Positions 47,836 to 58,600 of a DNA stretch of 64,000 nt are shown here, in pieces. The stretch lies in assembly GCA_027339965.1 (NCBI GenBank), contig DAHWNL010000053.1, positions 1 through 64,000 on the forward strand, read 5' to 3'. Every line of letters starts with the position of its first letter. Position 1 is the stretch's first letter. Made by a program: the position numbers and the translations under genes. Source of the stretch: Granulicella sp. Lineage in GTDB: Bacteria; Acidobacteriota; Terriglobia; Terriglobales; Acidobacteriaceae. The notes beneath the pieces are model-generated. The model saw only the letters and a list, made by a program, of their open reading frames with translations. It had not been told where the DNA came from and ran no database searches.

Positions 47836-49011
47836 CTAGACGAACTGAAGAAACATGGGATGCTCGACGACGAAGGCTCGCGAGGCGTCTGACAGTCGCC
47901 CCGTGCTCGGATCGTGGGTGAAGACCGTAACGGTGGATGTGCCCTGATTGGCGCACAGCAACCACCGCCGTGACGGGTCAAAGGCGAAGTGCCGGGTGAG
48001 GCCGCCACCGGTAAAAACGCGTTGGGTTTCGCTCAGCAGACCGGTGGAAGCATTCACCCTGTACACCACCAGGGAGTTCTCGCCGCGCGTATTGGCATAG
48101 ACAAACCGGCCGTCCGGGCTGACCGAGATCTCGCACGCGATACTTTCCGGCAGCGCGGCTTGTGAAGCCAGGGTGGAGACGACGCTCCCTTGCCGCAGCG
48201 CCGGCGCCGGCAGGCCGTTGCTTACGTTCCAGTCATACAGGTCGATGGTGCAATCCAGCTCATGCAGGCAGTAAAGCCACAAGCCATTGGGATGAAAGGC
48301 GACATGCCGCGGGCCGGAGCCCGCGCGGGTGGCCACGCGCGTAGGAGCCTCGACCGGCTGCGCCGCGCCGGGATGGATGGGGAAGATCTCCATAGCGTCC
48401 TCGCCCAGGTTGCAGACCAGCACAAAGCGGTTGTCCGGTGAGAGAGTGGCCGAGTGCAGATGCGCTGCATCCTGGCGGTGCGGCTTTGGTCCGGCGACGC
48501 CGCAGGCAGGATTCTTGTCGCAGGCAAAGAAGGCGGCGTTGCGGATGGCGCCGTCAGGATTCAGGTTGAATGCGGCAAAGCTGCCTCCGCCGTAGTTGGC
48601 CACAAAGGCGGTCTGCCCGGTCGCGTCCACGGAGACAAAGCAGGGTCCGTTTCCATCACTGCTCACCCGGGACAAGGGAGTCAACGCTGCGGTCTCGGGG
48701 TCCAAATGGAAGCTGGACAAGGCGCCATCCCCAACGGGCACTTCATTCACGGCGTACAGGATCGGATAGCGGGGGTGCATGGCCAGATACGTGGGATGAT
48801 CCGTGGCCGCTACCGCCTGAATCTCGCTCAGATCCCCGCGCTCGGCATTCCATCTGGCTCGAAAGATCCCCTTGGGGGTGTCGGTACCCAGAAGAAGCCA
48901 CCGTGGATCTGAAGGATTTGAGCCCTCCAGAGATCCGGCGACCGCGCGCAGGGCAAAGGGAAGTGGCGGAAAGGAGCGGAGAATCTGCCGTCGCGTGGGC
49001 CGGGATTGCAT
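47836..49011 (-). CDS. Lactonase / 6-phosphogluconolactonase-family beta-propeller with Tat-like signal
   Basis: TRRQIL; LYAVNE, VANYGGG, RQDAAHLH, GSGPRH.AFHP, SPDGRFVYANTRG. Confidence 0.9.
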   Translation of the reverse strand: MQSRPTRRQILRSFPPLPFALRAVAGSLEGSNPSDPRWLLLGTDTPKGIFRARWNAERGDLSEIQAVAATDHPTYLAMHPRYPILYAVNEVPVGDGALSSFHLDPETAALTPLSRVSSDGNGPCFVSVDATGQTAFVANYGGGSFAAFNLNPDGAIRNAAFFACDKNPACGVAGPKPHRQDAAHLHSATLSPDNRFVLVCNLGEDAMEIFPIHPGAAQPVEAPTRVATRAGSGPRHVAFHPNGLWLYCLHELDCTIDLYDWNVSNGLPAPALRQGSVVSTLASQAALPESIACEISVSPDGRFVYANTRGENSLVVYRVNASTGLLSETQRVFTGGGLTRHFAFDPSRRWLLCANQGTSTVTVFTHDPSTGRLSDASRAFVVEHPMFLQFV

Positions 49012-49067
49012 GCTGTCTGCGCCTCCTGGGACTCTCACCGGAGTTCCAAGCTGCCTGGGAACCTGGT

Positions 49068-49514
49068 CTAACGTGTCCCGGCAAACTGGTGTGGCGGGTC
49101 GGGCAACTTGGAGCCAAACACCTCGGAACGGGAATCCGGGCCGATGACAGGCAGAGAGGGAAGATTGGCGGTGTGGCCGGCCTCTTCCACCACGGCGGCA
49201 ACCTGCTGCAGGACCTCATCCACGCTCATGGCGTACATCTCGCGGCCATTGTCATAGCCGCTCTCGATGGCCTGCTTGAGAAACCGGCCCGCGGCCTGCG
49301 CGGCCAGGTAGTCGGTGATCACCTTGCCATTGCGCCGCTTCTGCTCCACCCAGGCATGGTTGGGCATGGCGATCCACACTGGCCTTCCGTTCACCGCGAA
49401 GCGGACATCGGTGGCATCCGCATGGCGAGTCGCAATGGCCACCACCGTGCCCTTCCAGACACAGTGCAGCTTCTCTGAGGTCCAACGGTCGGTCGCTACA
49501 AAGTCTTCGTACAT
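49068..49514 (-). CDS. Hypothetical protein
   Basis: MYEDF...VVAIATRHADATD...GYDNGRE; codirectional with the lactonase gene. Confidence 0.7.
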   Translation of the reverse strand: MYEDFVATDRWTSEKLHCVWKGTVVAIATRHADATDVRFAVNGRPVWIAMPNHAWVEQKRRNGKVITDYLAAQAAGRFLKQAIESGYDNGREMYAMSVDEVLQQVAAVVEEAGHTANLPSLPVIGPDSRSEVFGSKLPDPPHQFAGTR

Positions 49515-49785
49515 GGCTCTTTCAGAGTAGTCGCTGGGTCTTGGGAGAGGCAAGCCAGAGGCCCGGAGTTCGCCGCCGCGGGCTGGAATGCCGTGCTGAA
49601 AGAAGGCCACAGGGCTGGTTTTCGCTTTTGTTTTATAATCAGCAACACCCCGCCCGGTGGCCAACGTCGAAAACGCTCTCGCAGAAGGCTCTCCCCTGCG
49701 CTTTCCCTTCTCGTCAGTCGATGGGTGCGTCCCCCGGCTTGATCTTTAGCCTTGATTTCGCACTAATCTTTCGGAGGAATCTCCC

Positions 49786-50976
49786 TTGCGCAGACCTTTG
49801 CTGCCGTGCCTGTTGCTCTCTCCATTCCTGCTGGCGCCTTTGGCTGTGGCCCAGACTCCGGCCAAGCCCACGGCAAAACCCAAAGCCGGGAACCCCCACG
49901 ATGTTCTGATCTTTGCCAACGGGGACCGCCTGACCGGCAAGTTGGAGAGCGTGACGGCCGGTAACGTCATCTTTGATAGCGATATGGCCGGCAAAGTCAC
50001 GATCTCCGTCGATAAGATCAAGGAGCTGCGCTCAGGAGCGCAGTTCGCTCTTCTCCGCAAAGGAGTCATCGTCGGCAAGCAGCCGGTTCCGGAGGGGTCG
50101 GTCGAGGTAGCGGGCGGCAATCTCCAGTTGACCCCGGCGCAGGGCCAGCCTCCGGAGGTTGTCCCGGCCAGTCAGGTGAACTATCTGATTGATCGCGCCT
50201 CTTTTGACAAGACGATCAGCCAGCCCCCCGGCTTCTTCGGCGGATGGACTGGCACCCTTACGGGCGGCGCGAGTGTGGAGCGCTCCACGACCAGTGGAAC
50301 CACCTTTAACGCCAGCGCAGCCCTGGTCCGCGCCGTTCCCGCCGTTCCTTGGATGGCTCCGAAAAACCGCACCATTGTGAATATCAATGAGAGTTACGGC
50401 AGTCTGTCCACCCCGATCATTCCGCCCACGGTCCCACCTTCTCCGCTCAGCGTGGTGGTCACCAGCATCTTTCATGCAGGGCTGGAGCGGGATGAGTACC
50501 GCTCTGCCCGGCTCTTTGTTCTGGGGCATGCCTCCTTTGATCACAACTTCGGCCAAGGGCTGGAACTTCAGCAGGTGTACGGCGCAGGTTTTGGTTATAC
50601 GGCGTTCAAAAACGCCAAGCAGGAGCTCGATCTCAAGGTGGATCTGCAGTACGAAAAGCAACAGTATTTTTCTTCCGTCACCAACGGGATCGTCACGACG
50701 ACGCCTCCTGTGAATCTCTTTGGATCCACGTTATTTGAGGGCTATACCCGCCACATGCCGCATCAGGTGCTGTTTACCGAGACCGCCAGCGTCCTGCCCG
50801 GATGGAACATCTTAAGTGATTACTCGGCGAACCTGACCGCGGCGCTCACCGTACCGGTGTACAAGCGGCTGAGCGCAACGGTCTCTGTGGATGACGCCTT
50901 CCTCAACGATCCAGCGCAGTATTACAAAAAGAACTCCTTCCAGTTCATCAGCGGCGTGACCTACGTGCTGCCGTAG
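49786..50976 (+). CDS. DUF481-like outer-membrane beta-barrel protein
   Basis: Signal peptide, DVLIFANGDRLTG, GQGLELQQVYGAG.G, C-terminal KKNSFQF..GVTY. Confidence 0.75.
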   Translation: MRRPLLPCLLLSPFLLAPLAVAQTPAKPTAKPKAGNPHDVLIFANGDRLTGKLESVTAGNVIFDSDMAGKVTISVDKIKELRSGAQFALLRKGVIVGKQPVPEGSVEVAGGNLQLTPAQGQPPEVVPASQVNYLIDRASFDKTISQPPGFFGGWTGTLTGGASVERSTTSGTTFNASAALVRAVPAVPWMAPKNRTIVNINESYGSLSTPIIPPTVPPSPLSVVVTSIFHAGLERDEYRSARLFVLGHASFDHNFGQGLELQQVYGAGFGYTAFKNAKQELDLKVDLQYEKQQYFSSVTNGIVTTTPPVNLFGSTLFEGYTRHMPHQVLFTETASVLPGWNILSDYSANLTAALTVPVYKRLSATVSVDDAFLNDPAQYYKKNSFQFISGVTYVLP

Positions 50977-51259
50977 GCTCTGCCGCCGGGGCGCCGGGAA
51001 GCCGGGGAGCGGAAAGTGGATCCTCCGGTGAAAGTCTCCCGGATCGGCCGATGAAGAGCACTCCCTTTCCCCCCTTCCAACGGTCCGGGATGTTCTAATG
51101 GCATGTAGGTGCAAACAGTCTGCGATGTTCTAATAGGAAGGATGCATGCCATCCCGGTTGGCGGAGATCGCCCTCCCTGTCCCGGCTGGCAGATTGCGCC
51201 TGTTGGGCGCCGTGAAGAGAACCGGGACCCAGGAAGAGATCTTCAGGAGTTTAGAGTCG

Positions 51260-52000
51260 ATGTTTGATGTGCGGAGATGGAAAGTAAGGTTGGTTCTCTC
51301 AAGTTTGGCGACTTGTCTGCTGGCTGGGGCGCTTGTGCCGGCGACAGCCCAGACTCAAAACCAGAAGAAAAAGAAGAAGAGACAGGAAAACCAGAGTCTT
51401 CATGAGACGAACGCGACTCGGCTTGCGCGTATTCGCCAGAATACGGAGCAGACGTACTCGTATCGTTATGAGATCATCGGCGGGGGCGGCTTGCTTCGCT
51501 TCCGCAGCGGCGAGTACCTGCAGCGGAACAATGAAATTACCTGGGCTTCGGCCTTCAACTACTATCTGAACCGCAAACTCGCTCTTGTGGGAGACGCGCG
51601 CGGCTCATTTGGCAACGCGCGCGCCTATACCGGCATCACCAATCCCTATGGCGTCTATCGGCCCCAGATCAATGAGTACATGTTCATGGGTGGGGTCAGC
51701 TACCGCTTTTACGCCAAAGAGAAGTACGCGGTGAGCTTTCAGGCGCTCGGCGGCGATGTCTGGGGTGTCTTCAGCGGCGGCAGCAAGGGCATTCCCTCCA
51801 CGCTGATCGGCCTCTGGCGCAGCGACCAGCGCCCAGTGTTCTCCGGCGGCGTCAGCCTGGACTATAACCTGACTCCAAATTGGGCGGTGCGGTTAACTCC
51901 CACCTGGATTGGAACCAACTTCATCGGCCCCACAGGTGCCGGCATTCAGAGCAATCTTGGTTTTAATATCGGCGTTCTGTATCGTTTCGGTCATCGCTGA
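51260..52000 (+). CDS. Small outer-membrane beta-barrel-like protein
   Basis: Signal peptide, amphipathic strands, C-terminal FNIGVLYRF. Start uncertain. Confidence 0.65.
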   Translation: MFDVRRWKVRLVLSSLATCLLAGALVPATAQTQNQKKKKKRQENQSLHETNATRLARIRQNTEQTYSYRYEIIGGGGLLRFRSGEYLQRNNEITWASAFNYYLNRKLALVGDARGSFGNARAYTGITNPYGVYRPQINEYMFMGGVSYRFYAKEKYAVSFQALGGDVWGVFSGGSKGIPSTLIGLWRSDQRPVFSGGVSLDYNLTPNWAVRLTPTWIGTNFIGPTGAGIQSNLGFNIGVLYRFGHR

Positions 52001-52204
52001 AGCTCGTCGGTTGGTGGACGCTGAAACCAGCCGCCGCTGAGACGATGCGGGTGACATCGGTTCTCTGTCCGCGTCACTCTTCGGAGCATGGAAGACCGTT
52101 CCGAGGCGCTCAGAGCCTGGAGCGCTGGCCGTGCCGACGCTCTCCGCGAGGGGCTTGGCGGGCCGTGCCGCTGTCTGAAGCGGGGCTGGAGGTAAAATAG
52201 CCTC

Positions 52205-52513
52205 ATGTCCAAGGGTTGGGAATCCAAGGGAACCGAGGAGCAGCAAGCGGAGGCGGAACGCAAAGCCGAGGCAAATTCAGCTGGTTCTTCTGGCGCTGCC
52301 TCTTCCATCTCGAACGCGAAGTCAGAGAGTGGAAACGCTGAGTCGGCGCACGCCGAGGAGGAGCGCCGACGCCGCATGCAATCTCTGGAACTCCAGCGTG
52401 AGCGGGTCTTGTCGGAGCGCACCTCAAATGCTCACCGCCGCAGCGCTCTGGAGTTGGCTCTGGCTACGATCGAGCGTGAGTTGGAACAACTCGGTTGGTC
52501 CATCAAGATCTGA
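52205..52513 (+). CDS. Hypothetical coiled-coil protein
   Basis: GGAGG SD; MSKGWESKG..EQQ...LELQRERVL...RRSALELAL. Confidence 0.65.
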   Translation: MSKGWESKGTEEQQAEAERKAEANSAGSSGAASSISNAKSESGNAESAHAEEERRRRMQSLELQRERVLSERTSNAHRRSALELALATIERELEQLGWSIKI

Positions 52514-52720
52514 CCCGGCAGAGTCGTCTCTGGGCATGGGCTCGGTTTTGCGCCGCCGGCGGTACAGCGGGCTCTGGGGGAGATGCTCGTGGATTCCGCG
52601 CTCCGGAGAGGATCCGCCCAGCATTGCGTGAGGAGTGGTCCCGCGCCGGCCGGACTCTTCTAAGCGCCTTTTGGGCCGCGGCTTCCCGCCGGGCGCAGCG
52701 GGTTGAAGGTGAGCAGACCC

Positions 52721-52836
52721 TAAAGCGTTTTCAGTGCTGGTGTACCGCGACGCCTCGACCTCTACGGGCGCTTTCCCAATGAAAACGCCACTGCACGCCC
52801 CGTCTGGTGTGCCCAGCAACACTGAAATTGCTATCG
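52721..52836. repeat. MITE-like palindromic repeat, copy 2
   Basis: TAAAGCGTTTTCAGTG...CACTGAAATTGCTAT; colinear with 34126-34242. Confidence 0.8.
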
Positions 52837-52965
52837 AAGAGCGATCCGGAACGGCTGTATCGCTTTTCCGTACGAGTCAGGCCCCGACAGGGCTGGGTGT
52901 GGGCTTTCCTTTAGCGGAAACGGCCAAAAATCTGCGGCATCGGGATACGCCGGCATGCAAACGCT

Positions 52966-53253
52966 TCAGCGGTCTTCGTCGTTGCCCGCGTTCTTCTCCT
53001 TCAGCTTGCTGGCGATGTTGGACCAGACGGCATCGCTGGGGTCCCCTACCGGCTCGAAGAGGCTCTTGGCCTGCGCGGCGATGGTCTCCAGGTCGCGCAC
53101 CAGGGCGGCGCAGTTGGGATATTGCCGGAAGAAGTTGGCGAAGCGGAGGTCCGAGCTGATGGAGCCGCCGCTGGCTTCAAAGAGTTCCGGAAGGTACTCT
53201 TCAAATTCAGCCGGGGTCATCGTGTCGAGGTTGATTGAGGCGAGGTCCTTCAT
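52966..53253 (-). CDS. Putative soluble anti-sigma factor (degenerate zf-HC2-like)
   Basis: ATGA overlap with the ECF sigma stop; MTPAEFEEYL...YPNCAALVRDL...PSDAVW..I. Confidence 0.6.
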   Translation of the reverse strand: MKDLASINLDTMTPAEFEEYLPELFEASGGSISSDLRFANFFRQYPNCAALVRDLETIAAQAKSLFEPVGDPSDAVWSNIASKLKEKNAGNDEDR

Positions 53254-53921
53254 CGCGATGTCTCCATCAGCCGGTTCTCAGGCTGCAAGTTTTGAGGTTC
53301 ACGCAGCAATTCGCGAAGCCGCAGACGGGCTTTGTGGAGTTGCGACTTGCTGTTGCCCGTGGAGCACTCCAGCATGGCGGCGATTTCGTTGTGCTCAAAG
53401 CCTTCCACATCATGGAGCACAAAGACCATACGGTACCCGGGCGGGAGCATGGCGACGGCCCGCTCCAGGGTCACCCGATCCACGGAGCCGGAGAGCTGGG
53501 TATCGCGGGCGCCGAAGTCGCGCTTGGGTGCATCCTCCTCGGATGGGTTGATCGTCTCCTCCAGCGAAACCAGTTGCAGTCCCTTCTTGCGCAGATGCAT
53601 CAGCACCAGATTGACGGTAAGGCGGTGCAACCAGGTGGAAAAGGCGCTTTCGCCGCGGAAACTGTCCAGCTTCCGGAAGAGGTGGAGGAATGCTTCTTGC
53701 GTCATGTCCTCCGCCTCAGAGACGTTGCCCAACATGCGCAGGCAAAGGGTATAAACACGCCGTTTGTGGAGAGCGTAGAGTCGCGCAAAGGCATCGGGGT
53801 CGCCTTTCTTGGCGCGCTCAATGGCGTCGGCTTCGCCGGCGATAGGCGCATTCCGCTTGAACGAGCCGGGTGTTGATTCCGTTGGCATTCTCAGTTGGCC
53901 TTGAAGTTCCTGAAGTTCCAT
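53250..53921 (-). CDS. ECF RNA polymerase sigma factor
   Basis: AEDMTQEAF, FRGESAFSTWLHRL, LPPGYRMVFVL.DVEG..H.EIA, KSQLHKAR. Confidence 0.96.
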   Translation of the reverse strand: MELQELQGQLRMPTESTPGSFKRNAPIAGEADAIERAKKGDPDAFARLYALHKRRVYTLCLRMLGNVSEAEDMTQEAFLHLFRKLDSFRGESAFSTWLHRLTVNLVLMHLRKKGLQLVSLEETINPSEEDAPKRDFGARDTQLSGSVDRVTLERAVAMLPPGYRMVFVLHDVEGFEHNEIAAMLECSTGNSKSQLHKARLRLRELLREPQNLQPENRLMETSR

Positions 53922-54029
53922 AGATTAGGTTCTGTCCGCTCCGGGGCGGGCTACGGCCCGGGGATGGAACGGCGCAGAGGTGCTTCTTTCACTGTAACTC
54001 CCCACGCTGGTTTCCGGGGCTGGAAGCTG

Positions 54030-54056
54030 GACGAACCATTCGCTTTCCAGGTTGTC
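54030..54056 (-). promoter_or_regulatory. Possible ECF-type autoregulatory promoter
   Basis: Minus strand AAC-N17-CGTC about 110-130 bp upstream of the sigma start. Confidence 0.35.
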
Positions 54057-54104
54057 TCCGCCTTCTGCACGGAACATCTCAGCTTTCCGGCTCAGCTTCC
54101 CAGC

Positions 54105-55271
54105 TCAGCTTCCCAGGAAACGGGCATACAGTGAGCGAGCCAGCCCGACATCGGTGGTGCCCTGCACCAGAGCCCGGCCGTCGGGGAAGACGGTCAAGGT
54201 GTAGGTGCCGTAACCAAAGCGCAGAAGCAGTCCATTGGCTTGAGGGTTCCGAACCTCTTCCAGGCGCTCCAGCCGGCTCTTCAGCCTGGCCAGGTCGAGG
54301 GGATGTTGATGCTGATGGATCTGCACCGAGTTGCGTCCACATAGGGTGATGTGAGGCCGCTGTTCGCCGGCGAGGGCGCGAAAGTTGCGCTGGTCACATA
54401 CTTCGCAACCCGGGCGGGGGATGCCCGTGGAGATCTCCGAGCGAGCCATGGTTCCCTGCACGTTGGGAGCCCACAGATCAAAGGAGACCAGGGAGCGGCG
54501 CATCAGATGCGGCTGATGGGTGAGATACTTCAGGGCCTCGGTCACCTGGATGGAAGCAGCCAGATTCACGGCCGTCGACAAGATTCCCGCGGTATCGCAG
54601 GTCTCCAGGTTGCCTGAGGGCGCCGAAGGGAAGATGCAGGCCAGACACGCCGTAGGAGCGGCAGCCTGCTCTGCGGGTTGGCTGCGAGCAGCGTACTCTT
54701 CGGCCTCGCCCGGCTGAGCCCGACCGGCCGGCTTGGGCAGAATGTTCATGCCGGCCGCATAAGCACCGACGGCGGCGGCGTAGATCCAGGGGCGCTCGTC
54801 CCGGACGCAGAGGTCGTTGATCAGGTAACGAGTCTCAAAGTTGTCGGTGCAGTCCAGCACCAGATCCGCTGCCAGAAGTTGGGAGGCATTCTGGGGGACC
54901 AGGTCCGCGATATGCGCCGTCACCTGGATGCTGGAGTTGATACGGGCCAGATGGCGGCGGCCGGCCTCAGCCTTGGGCAGCGCCGCCTGAGCATCTTCTT
55001 CGTCGAAGAGTGTCTGGCGCTGCAGATTGGACGGCTCCACAAAGTCCCGATCGATGAGAGTAAGATGCCCTACGCCGGCTCTGGCGAGCAGGCCGGCGGT
55101 GGCGGCTCCCGTGGCCCCGACGCCCACGATCGCCACATGCGCGCGGCCCAAAAGCTGCTGGCCTGCTTCTCCAACCCCGTGGAAGAGGATCTGGCGGGAG
55201 TAGCGTTCGCGATCGCCGATGGCGGCATCCGGTTCGGGACGCGCTGTGTCCCCCGCCGTCTTCGATTCCAT
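54105..55271 (-). CDS. ThiF/MoeB-family adenylyltransferase
   Basis: RYSRQ, GVGATG, DRDFVE.SNLQRQ, DCTDN, CLAC, C.VC, LCGRNSVQI. Confidence 0.92.
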   Translation of the reverse strand: MESKTAGDTARPEPDAAIGDRERYSRQILFHGVGEAGQQLLGRAHVAIVGVGATGAATAGLLARAGVGHLTLIDRDFVEPSNLQRQTLFDEEDAQAALPKAEAGRRHLARINSSIQVTAHIADLVPQNASQLLAADLVLDCTDNFETRYLINDLCVRDERPWIYAAAVGAYAAGMNILPKPAGRAQPGEAEEYAARSQPAEQAAAPTACLACIFPSAPSGNLETCDTAGILSTAVNLAASIQVTEALKYLTHQPHLMRRSLVSFDLWAPNVQGTMARSEISTGIPRPGCEVCDQRNFRALAGEQRPHITLCGRNSVQIHQHQHPLDLARLKSRLERLEEVRNPQANGLLLRFGYGTYTLTVFPDGRALVQGTTDVGLARSLYARFLGS

Positions 55272-55660
55272 GGCCGCATTTGCGCCGGGATCCGAACTTG
55301 CGTTCAGGGTCACTTCGAGCCGGCCGAGAGCGGAAAAGGACGCGGACATATCTGGAGTATACGGTTGCGAGAGGATCTGCGAGGGGACCTGCGACGGCTC
55401 CCGGAAATGCCCCTGCGGCGTCATTCTGAGCCAGATGGCAACGGTAAAATGGAGGGATATCGGGCTTTGGAAAGAGTAGAGCCTTCGCTGTTTTGGGGTG
55501 CCGGCCGCCTCAAGAAGGAGCATCGCAGAGGATTGGGCGGCGGAATTCGATTTTGAGGGTTGAGAGGAAGGCGGCGTTGGCGCGGAGCGAGTGGTTGAGC
55601 GAGCGCGAGAGGAAGCCACGCCCGACGCGCCTGCTGGAGGTCGGAAGCCTGCGGGGATCT

Positions 55661-58600
55661 GTGCGCATAGCCGACTGCTGGTGGATCAGATGCGCGCTCC
55701 TGGCGCTGGCGCTGGCATCAGCGGTGGGAGTGGCCGGCGCTGCGACGGCCTCAAATCCCGCCCCTGCTGCGCAAAGCGTGCAGAATGCATTGCCGGCGCT
55801 CCACCAAAGCCTCTGGTCCAAGGCCGGAGCCAGGGTGACTGCGGTCAAGTTTCTCGGCGTGACCTTTCCCCCCGGTGATGAGATCTTCGCTCAGCTTCAA
55901 CAAAAGGCTGGCCAACCGCTGGATCCTGGCAAGGTGCGAGCCGACGAACGCCGGCTCTTTGCCACGGGGATGTATGTGGATCTTGCCGTCGACCTGATGG
56001 TTTCTGGAACGGGAGTCACCCTGGTGTATGCCGGTCAGCCGCGCTACTTTGTGGGGCGCGTGACCATTGCGGGGGTGAACAGCAGCCGGCTGACATCGCT
56101 GCTGGAGTTCGCGACCCGTCTGGATCCGGGAGCGCCATTTTCTGATGGGGCTCTGGCGATTGCGGCGGAGGCAGTGAAGGAGGCTTTGGCTGAGAATGGC
56201 TTCTTTGTCCCGGTGGTCACCATGCGGACCAGCGTAGACCCCGTTGCGGACCAAGTGAACGTTACCTTTACGGTGATTATAGGACCGCAGGCACACATCG
56301 GTTCTGTGACTGTGGACGGTCCGGACCCTGGGCTGGATATCGCCACCTTCCGCCGCAAGGGGCACATGAACTGCGGCCGGTTCGCAACCCTGTGGGATGA
56401 CGCCCTCCACCGGAGGTGCATCTTGAGCGTGACGCGTGAAACCGTGAGCAACGCGCTCTCCGGAGTTCGCTCCTTCTACCAGAATGAGAACCGCCTGGAA
56501 GGAACCATCAGCCTCCAGCGCTCCGTCTATGGATCGTCCACCCGTCAGGTGGGCTATAGCTTTTACGCCAATCAGGGGCCGAAGGTCGAGGTATCCGTTG
56601 CCGGCGTGAAGCTCTCCCGCTCGCGAATCAAGCTGCTGGTGCCCGTCTATGAAGAAGGAGCCGTGGATCATGATCTGCTCAATGAAGGCCTGTACAACAT
56701 CAAGGATTATCTGCAGCAGAAAGGCTACTTCAATGTAACGGCCAAGGTGCAGTTGCTGACCGGCGGAAATGGAGATGTGAAGGTGCTCTATACCGTGCAG
56801 ACCGGCCGCAAGCATAAGGTGACCTCCGTCAACATCCGCGGTGACAAATACTTTGACAGCAAAACCCTGAAGGCGCTGCTGCGGGTTAAACAGGCCAACG
56901 CCTACCAGCGCAGCGGGCAGTACAGCGCGCAACTGGTGGCCGAGGATGTCAGCTCCATTGAGGCTCTCTATCAGGCCAACGGATTCAGCCAGGTGAAAGT
57001 CACGCCGACGGTGAAGACGATTGATGCGGGACCGGGAGGCAAGCCGTTGAAGGTGTCTCAACTCAAGGTGCTGTTCACCGTAGACGAGGGGCCGCAGGAG
57101 AAGTTCGGCAACGTCGAGTTGACCGGAGTGGAGGGCCGATTCCGACTGGCCATTCTGGGGATGTTGAGCGCCAGAACCGGCCAGCCTTTCTCGCTCACCG
57201 CGCTATCGAACGATCGCGATGCCATCCTGAGTTACTATCTGGCGCACGGCTACGACCATGCGCGGGTGCAAATTTCAGATCGCACGGAGAAGTCCAATCC
57301 GTTGCGCACGGATGTAACGCTCCAGGTCACCCAGGGGCAGCAGGTCACCGTGCGCCACGTTCTGCTCTCCGGCGTCGTACATACCCGGCTCAAGGATGTG
57401 CAGAGTCAGATCCAGGTGCATGCAGGCGACCCTCTGGATCAGGCGGCGTTGCTGCAGACCCAACGCAACCTCTACAACATGGCTGTATTCAGTGAGGTCA
57501 ATGCGGTGGTGCAGAATCCCAAGGGTGATTCGCCGGAGAAGGATGTGCTGGTGCAGGTTACGGAGGCCAAACGCTGGGACGTGACCTACGGTTTTGGTTT
57601 CGAGGCGCAGACAGGTACGCCAGGGGTGGTGACGGGTCTGCCCAAAGGTTCCACCACCGCAGCCCAGAACGGCAAGGCGGGGATCAGTCCGCGGGTATCG
57701 CTGGATGTGGCCAGGATCAACCTGCGCGGCACAGAGGATTCGCTCACCTTGCACTCCGACTACGGTCTTCTGGAAGAGATCGCTTCGCTGACCTACAACG
57801 TGCCGGAGTTCTTGGGCAAACCGAGTCTGACGGCATCCATCTCGGGGGGGTACGCCAATATTCAGGACATTACTACCTTTGCCTCTTCCACGCTGCAGGG
57901 CGATCTGCGTCTCACCCAGAAGGTGAAACGCGCCGACACCTTGATCTATGACTTCGAGTACCGGCGCGTGTCGGTGAATCCAAACTCACTGGAGATCACC
58001 CCAAACTTGATTCCATTGCTCTCCGAACCGGTGATTGTGGGAGGACCCCAGTTGACCTGGATCCATGACACACGCGATCCGGGTCCGCTGAATGCAACCA
58101 AAGGTCACTTCTTCTCCCTGCAGGAGATTCTGGCAACCTCAAAGTTCGGATCTCAGACCAACTTCAACTCGCTGGATGGCAGCGAGTCCTCCTATTACAG
58201 GCTGGGCAAAGGGTATGTGTTTGCGCGCAATACGCGCATCGCATTTGAGGAGTCCTGGGGGCCGAACCCGAATGCAAATAACGCGGGGCAGCAGATTGGT
58301 GTGGTATCCACCGCATGCGCCGGAGTCCTGCTCAGAACCAACCCGACCTGCGATGCAGTGCCCCTGCCGGAGCGATTGTACGTGGGCGGAACAGACTCCC
58401 ACCGCGGATTTGGCCTGAACGACGGTGGTCCGCGCGACTTTACAACCGGGTATCCGGTGGGTGGGTCGGGCGCGGTGGTGAATAACTTCGAGCTTCGCAT
58501 GCCGCCTTCCACCTTGCCGCTGGTGGGTGACAGCATCTCTTTTGTGCTCTTTCATGACATGGGCAATGCCTTTGAGTACCCCGGCGAAATGTTCAAAAGC

